The notes: a model not told the origin generated them from the letters alone. Counted from the first letter of the whole stretch, positions 1-12,700 are shown. The stretch: DNA of 57,186 nt, filler included, from Catajapyx aquilonaris (GCA_000934665.2; 2 parts of 2 records of this genome joined end to end with filler, not necessarily neighbours in it); one strand, 5' to 3'. Numbers and translations: made by a program.

Positions 1-310
1 CGTACGCCTTCCTCAACATGCCCAGTGTTTCCTGGGGAGTATGGCCCAGCAACACACAAAATTTGATTGAGTTGCGTTGCTCCTCAAACCTCCGCTCAGG
101 CGCCATTTTGTGTTATTTATTCTCATCGCCGAACTCCCGCGCGCCCTCTCGGGAAAACGACCAGAACTATTATCGAATATGAGCCAGCGCCCTATTTTTT
201 TTTCCTCTGCACCCTAAAGAGTGTCTCGATGTGCCATAAATATTTGGCCGTGATATGTTAAATGGGAGCCGAGATTTAATTCGGGCTTCGAACTTAATGA
301 CTGCACCTTG
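1..310 (-). mobile_element. Mariner-like DNA transposon, 5' end (runs off the window start), antisense in an APC intron
   Basis: Minus strand begins TA|CAAGGTGCAGTCATTAAGT (mariner-type TIR; TA at 311-312), followed by a transposase N-terminus. Confidence 0.75.
2..106 (-). CDS. Mariner (Mos1-like) transposase N-terminal HTH, partial
   Basis: Manual translation MAPERRFEEQRNSIKFCVLLGHTPQETLGMLRKAY matches the EQRxxIKFCVxLGxxxxETxxMLxxAY pattern of mariner HTH domains; ATG in CAAAATGGCG context; open to the window edge. Confidence 0.75.
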   Translation of the reverse strand, partial: MAPERRFEEQRNSIKFCVLLGHTPQETLGMLRKAY

Positions 311-565
311 TATATCAACTCAGTTGGCACAGGATGTAGCATGCAATGTCAGAAGTTAATAATTCCAATTTTCTGTGGATAGAAATAAGTTTAGTAATAT
401 TGCTTCTGTAGCTATTTTTTTAACATTTTGTTTTCCTAATGGGAATATTTATGAAGCTGAACAACTACAGAGATGATATTGCAAGTTGGAAGGAAACTAT
501 TTTTGTGCAGTCCAGGTCTGTTTAAGAAAATAATGCCTGCATATGAACTGATTGTCCTTTTTTAG

Positions 566-772
566 CTCTGTCACATCAAGCAGCAAGTAAAGAGTGTGGA
601 TGGAGGGAATAGAGCCAATCTGATGGCTCACAGTGCCACCCAAACAACCCACCACCATGACAATGAGAAGGAAGCCAATTCAAATTCTGTGTATCATGGT
701 ACATGGCCTGTGGAACGGGCACTCTGGCACAGCAGCCCAGGTTCAATTGGAGCACCTGTGAGTGCTAATCAG
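566..772 (+). CDS. APC: APC exon A (first visible)
   Basis: tttttag acceptor, CAG|gtaatc donor, 69 open codons including HGTWPVERALW; phase 0/0. Confidence 0.75.
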
Positions 773-3700
773 GTAATCTGGCTACTATGTTAACAGCTTT
801 AAAAAAATGTTATGCTGCATTTACATTGGAGGATTAATTTACTCGCAAGCCTCTGCAGAACCAATTATAACTGATCTGTCTATAGCTCTTTGAAGTAATA
901 AGCTCATCCTGATTAGCAAATCCATGAAGGACTATTGGTAGAGCTCTCACAATGTGTGTGTGTGTGTGTGTTCTTGCAGGATACAGCAAGCATGACTAAT
1001 TTTACATCAAGTGTTGCCTGTGGTAGCACAGCATGCAAGCAGCACCTTTTAGGAACCAAAGTTGAGATGGTGTACAGCCTCCTCTCCATGCTTGGCACTA
1101 ATGACAAGGATGAGATGAGCAGGACATTGTTGACCATGAGCAGTTCTCCAGACAGCTGTATTGAAATGAGGCAATCAGGTGAGACCATTTATCTCAGCTT
1201 TGAAATGGGCTGAGAACAAGGATGTCTTACAGATTTTCTGTGAACTTTCCCTGTAGAACCAGAATGTATTTTGGAATAATAATTTTTAATAGTAGATATC
1301 CTCTATATTTGTAAATAGACATTTGCCACATTTTAATGTATTCTGAAGTGTGTTATGGTAGGAGAAATTAAGGTGAAGCTAATATTGATATATTCTTTTT
1401 ACTGTATAATTGCAAATTAAAACTTGATTACACCTCAGGAAGTAACTGCTTTTTTATTTTTTAAATACCAACTATACATTGGAACAATTTTTGCTTGACA
1501 CATTGCGGCTGCTTTCAGGATGCTTGTCACTTCTCATTCAACTGCTTCACTGTGGGAACAAAGAAACCTATCGACCAAACAAGGAGACTCGCCTGAGAGC
1601 TGCCAAAGCCTTACACAATATTGTACATTCACATCCTGATGACAAGCGAGGTCGCCGAGAAGCTAGAATATTACGCCTCTTAGAGCAAATTCGTGACTAC
1701 AGTGATTACCTTCGGGATATGTTGGTTCCTGTCAATGGTGCAGTGGAGCATTTCCGTAAGGAAGGTAGATATAACCACTGTTTGTTGTTTGTTTATAGCT
1801 TTATTTACATCTCGTCGGGCTGCAGCACATGCTGCTTGGCTGACCCTCTTCCTTCTATACACGTTTACATTTTCATCCTTCTAGTCTTCTACATTAATGT
1901 GCCCCATATTCTACTCCCTCTCCCCACACAATAAACAGTTCAGATATAACCACTGCTGCATTAATTTGATTATAGTCTCAGATTCTAATGGCATGTGGTT
2001 TTTATCAATATTTTTAGATGACAAACATCCAGGTCCTGCCATTGCTGCATTGATGAAATTGTCATTTGATGAGGAACATAGGCATGCAATGTGCCAATTG
2101 GGAGGACTTCATGCAATTGCTGAACTTATTCAGGTAAGTCAATACTGTATCTGCTCCTTTGTCACTGAAAGTTATTGATAGTTATTGTAAAGGAAAACAT
2201 ATTCCATAGGCACATTATTCTCGTGTTTCAATTTCATTTGATATACAGGGTGGACCAACTTCAAGTGTCGTTTTATAACGGCTATTAATAGAAGCGCTTT
2301 ACGATTGACGTAGCAGCGACGTGTAAAATTGCCCACTTCAGCGCCATCGAAAATATTAGCTGTTTCGTTTGCAGGCTTCCCCCTTGCATTACAGGCCCAT
2401 CTGGTGTGTTGGGCGTCACCCATTTCACCCAAGCGCATCGCAGGTCATGTGTGCACCTCCTTTTTTCCAGGTCAACCCAGCAGCAAGGGTTGATTACATG
2501 TGTTATGCTATCACTGGCAGCTAATATTTTCGATGGCGCCGAAGTGGGACATTTTACACGTCGCTGCTACGTCATCGCAAAATCACTGCTATTAATCGCC
2601 GTTATAAAACGACACTTGAAGTTGGTCCACTCTGTATACATGTTTTTGGGTTTTGACCACTTCCACTAACCGAAAAAATAGACAAAAAGGCGTAATTTTC
2701 AGCCCTTTCCTAATATTCGCTGTTGTTTCTCTCCCCACGGTATTACGCAATATAGCTGAAACTTGATATGCAGTGTTATGGTATATGTGAGTACAGCTGT
2801 GATTGCTTTCATCAAAATCCGAGACGGTATAGCAACATTTAGGCCCACCTGATTCGGAGTGACCAACCTTTCCCAATTTTAAAACGATGTACCTCAGAAA
2901 CTGTGCCTGACAGAAACATTGTGAGCAAAGATTCGGATTCAGAGCGAAAATTTGAAAGAGTGAAACTCATTGTTTTTCCTATTTGCATTTTGAAGAATGA
3001 AAATCTGGGTTTGAAAGTTGCACATTTGCAATTTTTTCACATTTAAACTAGCCAGGGAAGGCACTAGGAACCTCCCTGAATTTTAATTTTAAGAACAGTG
3101 ATATGTTGAATTTTTTAAAGTTGCAAATTGTTAACTGAAACTAATAGGCTACTTCTCAAATTGGATGCTCAGACAATGCTGGTTGAAAATGTGGCAACTC
3201 TTCAAATAAAGTAGCGCAATGGGGAATCATAAATGGGCAATTCCACGCGTTATGTACAGACCATCGGAAGCTGTATTGAGGTGTTTAGGAGTCCACCGCG
3301 GCTAGGTACTTGCCGTAATAGATTAACTGTTATGAAAATCAGATGCAGCGCAGAAATGTGATGGTGAGGGACATCATGGAAATTTCATTCGATGGCCATC
3401 CACGCGTGTGCAATTGTCTGAAATCTCGTTACGTACAATCCGTCATTGGACACTAGTTTCTGGGGTATATGCAACTAGGGGGAAACTCTGCGAAATCTGA
3501 CAGCACAGGTTTCGAAGCTCAAGTGCATGTGGGGCAGTAGGGTGCGATGAACCTCATCATGCCATTAGATTGGGAGAATTCTCATTTTGAACTTGAAAAC
3601 ATTTGAGATATCCACCCGTTACGTACCACCCGGCATCGTTACGTTCAACCTACAGCGATTTACTGGGAGTAGCATAAATTTTTGGAGGATGGAATGTTTG

Positions 3701-6700
3701 TGAATTCATAATCTTATAATGGCTCCGCTGCACTGAAATAGGAACTAGGTCAGTTTTTGCCCTTTGGATACCTTCTGGTGTGGCTGTGGAAGGTCACACA
3801 TTCATGAATACAGCAAAGTGATTGCACAGATCGATGTTGCATTTTGTGCCCTTGAATTATATGAAGACGTCTGTCTCTCTTCCTTTCACATATCGGTACA
3901 GCGAATAACCAGCTGGCAATACGCAATAGCCGAACGGATATCACAGAGCGCACGCTTAGATACTCTGGGAATAATACTGTCTTGTTGGGAATGATACTGT
4001 CACAAACAAACATGGCTAAGGAAACCATGGTCCACATGCTATCGGTTTGAGTCACTCAGATTCCAACTGCGTCAAGATGTAAGAACCACACCCCATGTCT
4101 GCTCTTTCGTGGAATTGCCCAAATGCAAACACATGAATTTTATTAAAGTTCAGGTTAGTGAATAATTTGTGGGGCTCAATTGGGAGTTACTTACCACTGT
4201 CATAATAATTTAAATACTAACTTCAGGGAGTTCTTAGTGCATTCTGTAGCCACTTAAAATATGGAAATTCGTGACTTTCAAACCAAGCTTTTCACTATTC
4301 TAAATGTAGATTATGTGAAAAACACTTAATTTCTCTTGTTCCTCTAACAGTATTTGGAATCACCTTCACTAAGAATGATCGTTGGTTATGGCAAAAGCAA
4401 TCTTATTTCATCATTGCGGAAATTTTTCATGGTTTTTCACATGGTCCAATACAATGTTTTATTTTACTAAGTTAAAATATTTTGTACTTCTCTGAAATCA
4501 ATTAAAGCCACATTAAGGAAATATAGTGTGCTGCTGCCACACAGATTAGCAAGTTAGCCAGACCAATTTAAATTGCCTGCTCATTTCTTTAAGCCATTTA
4601 ATAGTCACAGTTTGCAAATTACATGTAATGTAGTAGTGTGTAGGGGCTTGTGTCTAGTGGGACTAATATGCTATACCATTTGCACAGCAGCAGAGTGTTC
4701 TCATCAACATGTGGGTTTTAAAAGAAATGGTGTGAATGAAATTCTTGTCAGTTATTTGTTGCTGTATATGGTTTCTTGTCAAAGTTTCAGAACTGGACTC
4801 ATATTACTTTTATTATAGGTTGATCATGCTGCACATGGTAGCACCGTCTCAGATCAGTATTGCATAACTCTACGCCGTTATGCTGGTATGGCTCTTACCA
4901 ACCTTACGTTTGGAGATGGTGCTAACAAGGCCTTGCTGTGTTCCTTGAGAGGCTTTATGAGGGCCCTTGTTGCTCAGCTGAATTCTCCAAGTGAAGATTT
5001 ACGGCAGGTTAGTGGTGTAGCAACCAGATGCATCAGAACATGTTCTGATGAAAGACATCTTGCAGGTGACAGCCAGTGTTGTACGTAATTTATCATGGCG
5101 AGCAGACACAGCCAGCAAAGAAACTTTGAGAGAAGTTGGTGCTGTTACAGCGTTAATGGCTGCTGCCATGGATGCCAAGAAGGAGTCCACACTCAAATCT
5201 ATTCTGTCAGCCCTCTGGAATCTATCTGCACATTGCAGCATGAATAAGGTACGAGGGGTGTTCAAAAAAATATGAACTTTTCTGTACAGACTATTGCTCA
5301 ATTGACAACAATTTAAGCACTCTCCCCTAGTAGTTTCCTCTACTGGCGATAGACAGCATTACATTTTTTCTTCCATTGTTGGAATGCTTCCTGGAACGCA
5401 CTTGCTGTGACGGCACACAGCGCTCTTATCGCATTGTCCTGAATCGCCTCTGTGGTTAGGAAATGACGTCATTTCAAATTGGTTTTAAGTTTTAAAAATA
5501 GGAAAAAGTCTGCTGGGGTTAAGTCCGGAGAATAGGGTAGATTGGCACAACAAATGTCTGATGTTTTGCCACATAACTGATGATGAGGAGCGATGTATGA
5601 GCCGGCGCATTGCTATGGCGCAACATTCCAGTCTGGCTTTCCCACAATTTAGGCTCTTCCTGGGCACAGCATCCCACAAGAGCACTAAAACATTCCGGTA
5701 CAAGTGTTTGTCTACCAATCTAACAACATGGCCCAAATTCATAATGGAAAATGCCTTTCCAATCCAAAAACACAACAAACATTACCTTGACCTTTGACTG
5801 ACTCATCTGGGCCTCTCTTGGCCAAGGAGACCCATCCGAAGTATGCTTGCTAAAGCAAATGAAATGTCTCGATAAAATCTTTACCAATTTGGCAGCGAAA
5901 TTTCACACAAACACACATTGTATTTTAAGCTCTTTCATTTTCAATTTGTCATTAATCTGATGAACAGCTTGTGCAAGTGCTCACTTAAGTGGATGTATCT
6001 TGATGTCTAATGGTCATAGAGGAATGTGGCAAATGGCAGTTTGTTGACAAGACATGTCGCTAGGAGCTGTCAGTATCACTAATACGCTCTGTGTGCTGGT
6101 TGACGTGGTATTTAAAAAGTTTGGTCTCTTTTTGAACACCCCTCGTATGTAGGAGAAAAGCTACAGTAGTATTGGTGTGTGGAGTTGGCAAGTTCATACA
6201 GTTATAATAAGTTTTGCTCTAGGTCTTTTGCTACTGATATTTTGGCTACTGATAATTCTGGCACAAGCTATGCATTATCTAAATCTGAAATGACTGGCAC
6301 ATTATTTTTTAGGCTGATATTTGTGGTGTGACTGGAGCTTTGGCATTTCTTGTGGACATGCTCACATACAAATCACAATCTAAAACACTAGCCATAGTGG
6401 AGAATGCAGGTGGAATACTGCGAAACATATCTAGTCACATAGCTGTGAAGGAAGAATATCGGTGAGTAGATGCATTAAATGATAACTTCAGGCATCTAAA
6501 GAGAATCTTGCTTTGCAGGGCAATTCTTCGAGAACACAACTGCCTTCAAATCTTGCTGCAGCAATTAAAGTCACCAAGCTTGACTGTTGTGAGCAATGCG
6601 TGTGGAACTCTTTGGAATCTTTCAGCTAGATGTAGTCAAGATCAGAAGGCACTGTGGGAAATGGGAGCTGTTGGAATGTTGAGCAGTCTTGTCAATTCAA

Positions 6701-9700
6701 AGCACAAGATGATATCAATGGGTTCCAGTGCTGCCCTTAAGAATTTACTCAGCGCCATACCTGAAGGCATGAATTTTCCTGACAATAAGAACCCATCAAA
6801 CATGCCTAGCCTACTTGTGAGGAAGCAGCGGGCTCTAGAACGTGATTTGGACCAAAATCTGGCAGAGACTTGCGACAACATTGAGCCAGGTAGTCCTCAG
6901 TCTTCCCCTTGCTTGAAGGGAGAGGAAGAAGAGGACCCCTTGGTTCAAGGGGCTGGTGCCCGCCTTGATTCCTCACCATCAGAGCGAGGAGGTGGAGGTG
7001 GAAGGCACAGTTGCTGCTCTACATCTCCTCCACCTGCAGACCAAAGGCATTGGAATGGAGGAACCCCCACCAAGGATAAAGTACGAGGGGCATGGCTTGC
7101 TGAAGGCGAATGCCATACCTGTTTGTGTGCCTGCAATTCATCAGCTTACACCTGCCAAGAGGACGGAGAAGGAGTGGAGTTAGAGGGCCATGTACGAGAT
7201 GAGGTGCGTCCTGGTGATTGTTATGTCCCAGCGCGCTTTCAGAGGGAGATGCTCATGGGTGGTGCATGTCCTGACATATTACAGCGACCATATCGCATTG
7301 ATCACAGTGAGTACTCACGCCTGGAGTGTGATGAAGATGAACCGCTGGACCAACCAGTGGATTATGGACTGAAATACTCTGAGGAAGGTACTCACAGTGT
7401 GGTGTCTTTTGGACTGGAAAGAGCTGAATCAATTGCTAGCAACCGCATGGGAGATGTAGAGTCTTGTTACAGTTCAGATGTGTGTCGAGGGCCACGATCA
7501 GACCACGATTCTTGCACTGTTCAAGTTCCATTGTACAGCCACTACACTGAGACTGACCTAGATGACCCAGACCAACCGACTGATTACAGTCTCGTGTACA
7601 CAGAGAGTGAAGATGTGGAATTTGCTAGTGGAAAGTGCCAGGAAGGGGATGGCCATGGTGAATTTTATGATGGTCCTTCTGTACATGACGACACCCTAAA
7701 GACATACTGCACAGAAGGGACACCTTATGAAACACCATATAATTTCTCTACTGCCACATCCATGTCTGATCTAAGAGACCATCCAATTCAAGAGGAAGAA
7801 AAAGAAGAAATTGCTGATGCCTCAGTAACATCTGAAAAAGGAGGTAGTGGGGAAGAAGAAACTGGCGATGTTCATGCCTCTGTGGCTCCTTGCTCAGGAG
7901 ATGACTCCCAACTGAAGGAATATAGCCATGTTCATTTAAGGCCAACTGATGCACTCAAACCAGGTGGGAGACGACTTCCTCCCCCTGAAGTGTCTGAAAC
8001 CAGAATGACAGTTCAAAGACAGGAACAAAAGGAGGGTTAGTGCTTGCTTTGTTACATTTTTCTGCATCACAGACCAGACTCCAGACTTGCATCTTTTCTG
8101 TGCCGCCTTAGGCAAGGCTGTGACCTTCAGCAATGAAGATCACTTTGCTGAGGAAACACCTCTGATGTTCTCAAGATGCAGTTCTCTGGGCTCACTGAGT
8201 AGTTTCGATCAGCATTCAATTCATGATGACAGGAGTTCCATAATCAGTGATTTCAGGTATGATCCTTTGGTACCAGCAGGCCTGCCCTTCTTGTGGTCTG
8301 CTTGTTAAAGTAATTTTTTGTTTACAGTCGACGAGCAAGTGAGGTGGTGTCTCCTAGTGAACTTCCAGATTCACCTGGTCAGACCATGCCTCCTAGTCCT
8401 AAACGCTCTGGACCTGTCATGGATTTTGGGCGCAAGTTACCTCAAGATGGAGTTACTCCTTTGGAAGGGGACCATGTATCTGAATTGGGAGCAGGTCAGG
8501 ATACTCTTTCAAGCTACAAAACCAGGGCAGAATATAATGTTTACATAACTCATTTCTGGTAGGTCTGAAAGCTGGCAAGGTCAGCATTTTTGCAGACATC
8601 CCACAATCATATCACGAGGAGGGAACTCCCTTTGTCTTCTCTGGTGCCACCAGCCTGAGCTCCCTGATGTTTGATGATGAACAGAAAACGTCAGATGACT
8701 CGAAGGTGAGCTTCACGTTGGAGAGTTTCCACATCAATCACCATTTTGCATAATTTCTTAGGCGGAAACTGCCAAAGAGGTAACTGGAAAGGAAGACAGG
8801 TCATCCTCAGTGGCATCACACCATTGTGGAAAAGAGGCCAGCTTGCTACCTGCAGGTGCAGTGCATGACTTTGGAAATGACTGGAGTGAAGATGACCAAG
8901 CTGAGGAGGACATGCTTGCAGCCTGCATCAACATTGGAAAGCCCAATAACAAGTAAATGTTTGTCATTAAACCACTGTGGCAGATTACTATAGTTGTCTG
9001 GTCATTTTCAGAACAAAGAAGTATGAGAATCCAAAGTCAGCAAGTAAACTAACAAAGTTTGGTCCAACTAGAAGTCGACCAAGTGGAATTCCTCTCAAGA
9101 GAACCTCCACAAAAGTCAATGAGATGGAGGAGGTGCAACCTTCATTAGTAGTGGAGGCCGAGAAGCCCCTCGTTAACCCTCAGCCACAGGTAATAATGTG
9201 CACTGTTGGCATGAACTGTTGCTGCGAGAATGTCCTGAGCAGAAAGTAGGGTGTTTTGGCATGCTCAGTGAACTTGTCCTTATAGCTGTATTTTTCTGCA
9301 TTTACTTGGTCAAATGTTTTGTAATCAAGTAGCACAAGTCAACTAGGATTGTTCAGTTAGTTACTTGTGAAAACAATATGTTAAAAAGCCTGCTGGCATG
9401 CAAAAAGAATGGCAGGCTGTTGCTAATAGATTTGAGGAGTTGCCCATGATTTTATTTTGTTGACAGTAAAACCTTGTTAATTAAAGTTCAAGATATGAAA
9501 GTCCCTTCAAACATGATTTCATAAATAAAGAGCTAATTTTCCATCTATTTTCAAGAGTGTATTTTCAAACAGAGAAGAAATTCAGCTAACACTTACGGCT
9601 CTTTTACACTTTCGTGGGTAGCAGGCAAAAGCAGAAGTGCAAGCTGGGATGGAAGGGGAGGGACAGTATTTACAATTGAAAGCAAGCAGTAATATACCCA

Positions 9701-12700
9701 CATGTGGGGAGGTGTGGTGGCCGAGATGGTAACGTCTTGTCTTGCTGAGTGAAAGGTCCCAGGTTCAATCCCCGCCTGGGAGTTCCCTTTCACCTGCATC
9801 GGGAGGATTACTGACTCGTACCTTGGAGGTGTCTGGCAACCTAACCTAACCTGGAGGACTGCACATGGCCCAAAGCGGAGACATTACACCTGCACCCGTG
9901 TCCCCTCCCCGAAAATCCCGATCCTTACCCAATGTCCTTGATTCCTTGCACTGGAGAGTGAAGAAAAAGTATTTACAATTGAAAACTGATGGTGATGTAC
10001 CACCCCCCTACCCTTAGAGCCCTATCACGGGGTTAAAAAAATAAATAATAATATTTAAAAATAATGGTAATAAAAAATTAAAATACATGGTGAAGAGCAG
10101 GTATCAATGTAACACTGACTGCCAGAAGTACACTGTGGGGGCACTCCCCCTTCCACTTCTACCATCTGACTTACGAGTCCAGGCAGAGGTTACATCCCCA
10201 TATGCCTGCTCCAAAAGAAGTCTCTTCCCAGCGGGCTGGCCAGTCAACAGCCTTCCGGTTGTCTCATAGGCTGTTCCACATGCACAATGGGCAAGAGTAA
10301 AGGGGGTAACCACTCCCCAAAAAATGTACACCAGTTCCAAGCCGGTTCCAGCCCAGTTCCAGAGGGACTCTGTACACTGGTCCCACGAAGTGGTTACCCC
10401 CTCTGCAAGAGTCCCTCTCACCTCCAGTGCGCACCACCAATACCCAACTGCACTGCTGTCATGCAACCGGGAGAAAATAACAAAACCCTAGGCTCTTGCC
10501 AGGAGTCAGTAGTTTCTTCCCTTCCACCAGTATGAACTATCAGATCTTGACCACACTGACACCTAGCCACAAGAAAACAAAATATACTCCACAATAGCAA
10601 GAGTCCATCCCATCAACCATGCCACCACCTGACCTCATATACCCTCTCCTCTACCCTCTCAAGTAACAATTCATCAGCCCTTTTGCTCTCCCCCCAATTA
10701 AGCAAAAGCGCCAGCGTAACGGCAATGTAATTGCAGAAATCATATGTATTTGAGTTACAATCTACCATTATCCTGACTGAGAATATAGATAAACCTGCGT
10801 AACAGTTCACCTAATTAAATACAGTAAAACTTCTATAAGTCGAATCTCCATGGGACCGGGAAAAAACTTCGAGTTATAGAAGATTCGAGTTAGAGAAGTT
10901 TCGCTTTTTTTAAACCACATAACTCTATAAGGAAACCTACCTTTATATCCAGCGACGACAGGTGTTCAAAACTTAAAAATAACTGCCACTATCACACTTA
11001 CAATGTTCCTCATTATTTTGTTGTAAAAAAAACTCCTTGATGGACATATGCGTACTCTTAGATTCAAGGATTCAGTTGTCACAATCGAGTCGAACACTTC
11101 TTTCGGTACGTCTGGTAGACGGAGATCAGGAAGTTGAGCCTTTCTGTACATGTGGCCTACTCTCGACGCTTCGGCTGGGAAATGAGAAAACTTTCCGTTC
11201 TCGCCAACATGAACTTGGACTTAGGGAGACTGAAAATGCATTGATATCCCATCGTAAGGCACTGCCTACACTTCGAGTTATGGAGAACTTCAACTTATAG
11301 AAATTCGAGTTAGGGAAGTTTATTCCCTATTATTTTACATTGTGACCAACCAAGCTCATCATTTTCTTCGACTTATAGAGAACTTCAACCTAGGGAAGTT
11401 CGACTTATAGAAGTTTTATTGTAGTTAACAACATCCTGATAAAATTTACAAGTTGAGCACATTTTGAATGAAGCCTATCAAAAAGTACAAGTTATTGTAT
11501 GCTGTCAGACAAGAAAGTGCTGCTAACTGTACTTTGGATAATCCATTGTCAAATTAACAAGGTTTTACTACATTTTGGAATGATTCCTGTTATTTCTTGC
11601 ATGTTTGTCTTTACAGATATCTGGTGTTTGTGATGATTCATTGAGGACTTATTGTACAGAAGGCACTCCTGCCAACATCTCTCATGCTGGGTCACACTCA
11701 GATCTCTCCGTACTATCCCTTAATGTCAGCAAAGAACACACACAGGGGGTTCTTCATGAAGATTCTGATGATAGTTCTTTGTCCGGAGAACATGATAACA
11801 TTTTAGTCCAGTGCATTCAATCAGGAATGCCAAAGGTAAATGTGCACATACTGTATAGGCTCTGGCAATGCACTACTAAAAATTTTTAAAGAGTAAGCTA
11901 AGTTGACACTTTAACAACCTATTGGACGCACCTAACTTTTCAGTAGCACTTTTCACTAACAAGTTGTACTTCATCTGGAGGGTTGTGCTGGACTCCAACC
12001 AGACAATGGCATGAGAAATGCATTAAGACTAATATTGCTCACTTAAGTTGTGAAATGATGTTAAAGCACCGAGGTGAAATATTTGATATTCATAGCATTA
12101 TATTTAACCCTTGTATGGTGTCATGCTGGTTTTTAAAAATATCATTACAGTACCACAATGTGTACCTTATCCTTGCTAAATTTGTACATTTGCATCAGGT
12201 GTAAATCTCTTTAATGGCACTACCATTCTTATACATCTTAGATGGAAATTAGGATCATGTGAAGTGGTTGGGGAGAGCAGTTTCCCTCAAGAGTAATGGG
12301 TATTAATTACTGCAATGTTACTTCAGGGTGAACATTCACCCTATGGGCCCAAAATAATTTTTTCTGAAAGCAGAGGTGCTTAAAAATTTAGAAATCACTC
12401 TCTTTATGAGGTGTAATTTTTGGAGGAACTACACAGATCTAAACAAAAAACAAGGGCATAGTGTAAGGTTTGAAAATGGTCACAGTTGGTGACAGATGTA
12501 GATACGTAGCATCATTCCAGGGTTAAGTAAAACTGGGTATAACATTTAATGGTGTTTTCAGTTGGATGCCACTGTGGAGGTAGCATGTTCATTGGTTAAC
12601 CAAACTCATATCCTGATGTAATAAATTGTATTTTGCCATTAATATTTGTAAGATACTGGATTCTCCTACTGTTCTTCCATCATAATTTGTAAATACAGTA

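Larger units (their letters stand above)
9464..11570. mobile_element. Old pogo/Tigger-like element hosting nested insertions
   Basis: Inverted ends CAGTAAAACCTTGTTAATT ... AATTAACAAGGTTTTACTA; TSDs degenerate. Confidence 0.55.

Noticed and set aside
451..525. Short ATG-initiated frame upstream of exon A as a possible APC first exon
   Set aside because: Its donor would be phase 2 while exon A needs phase 0, and it has no APC similarity.
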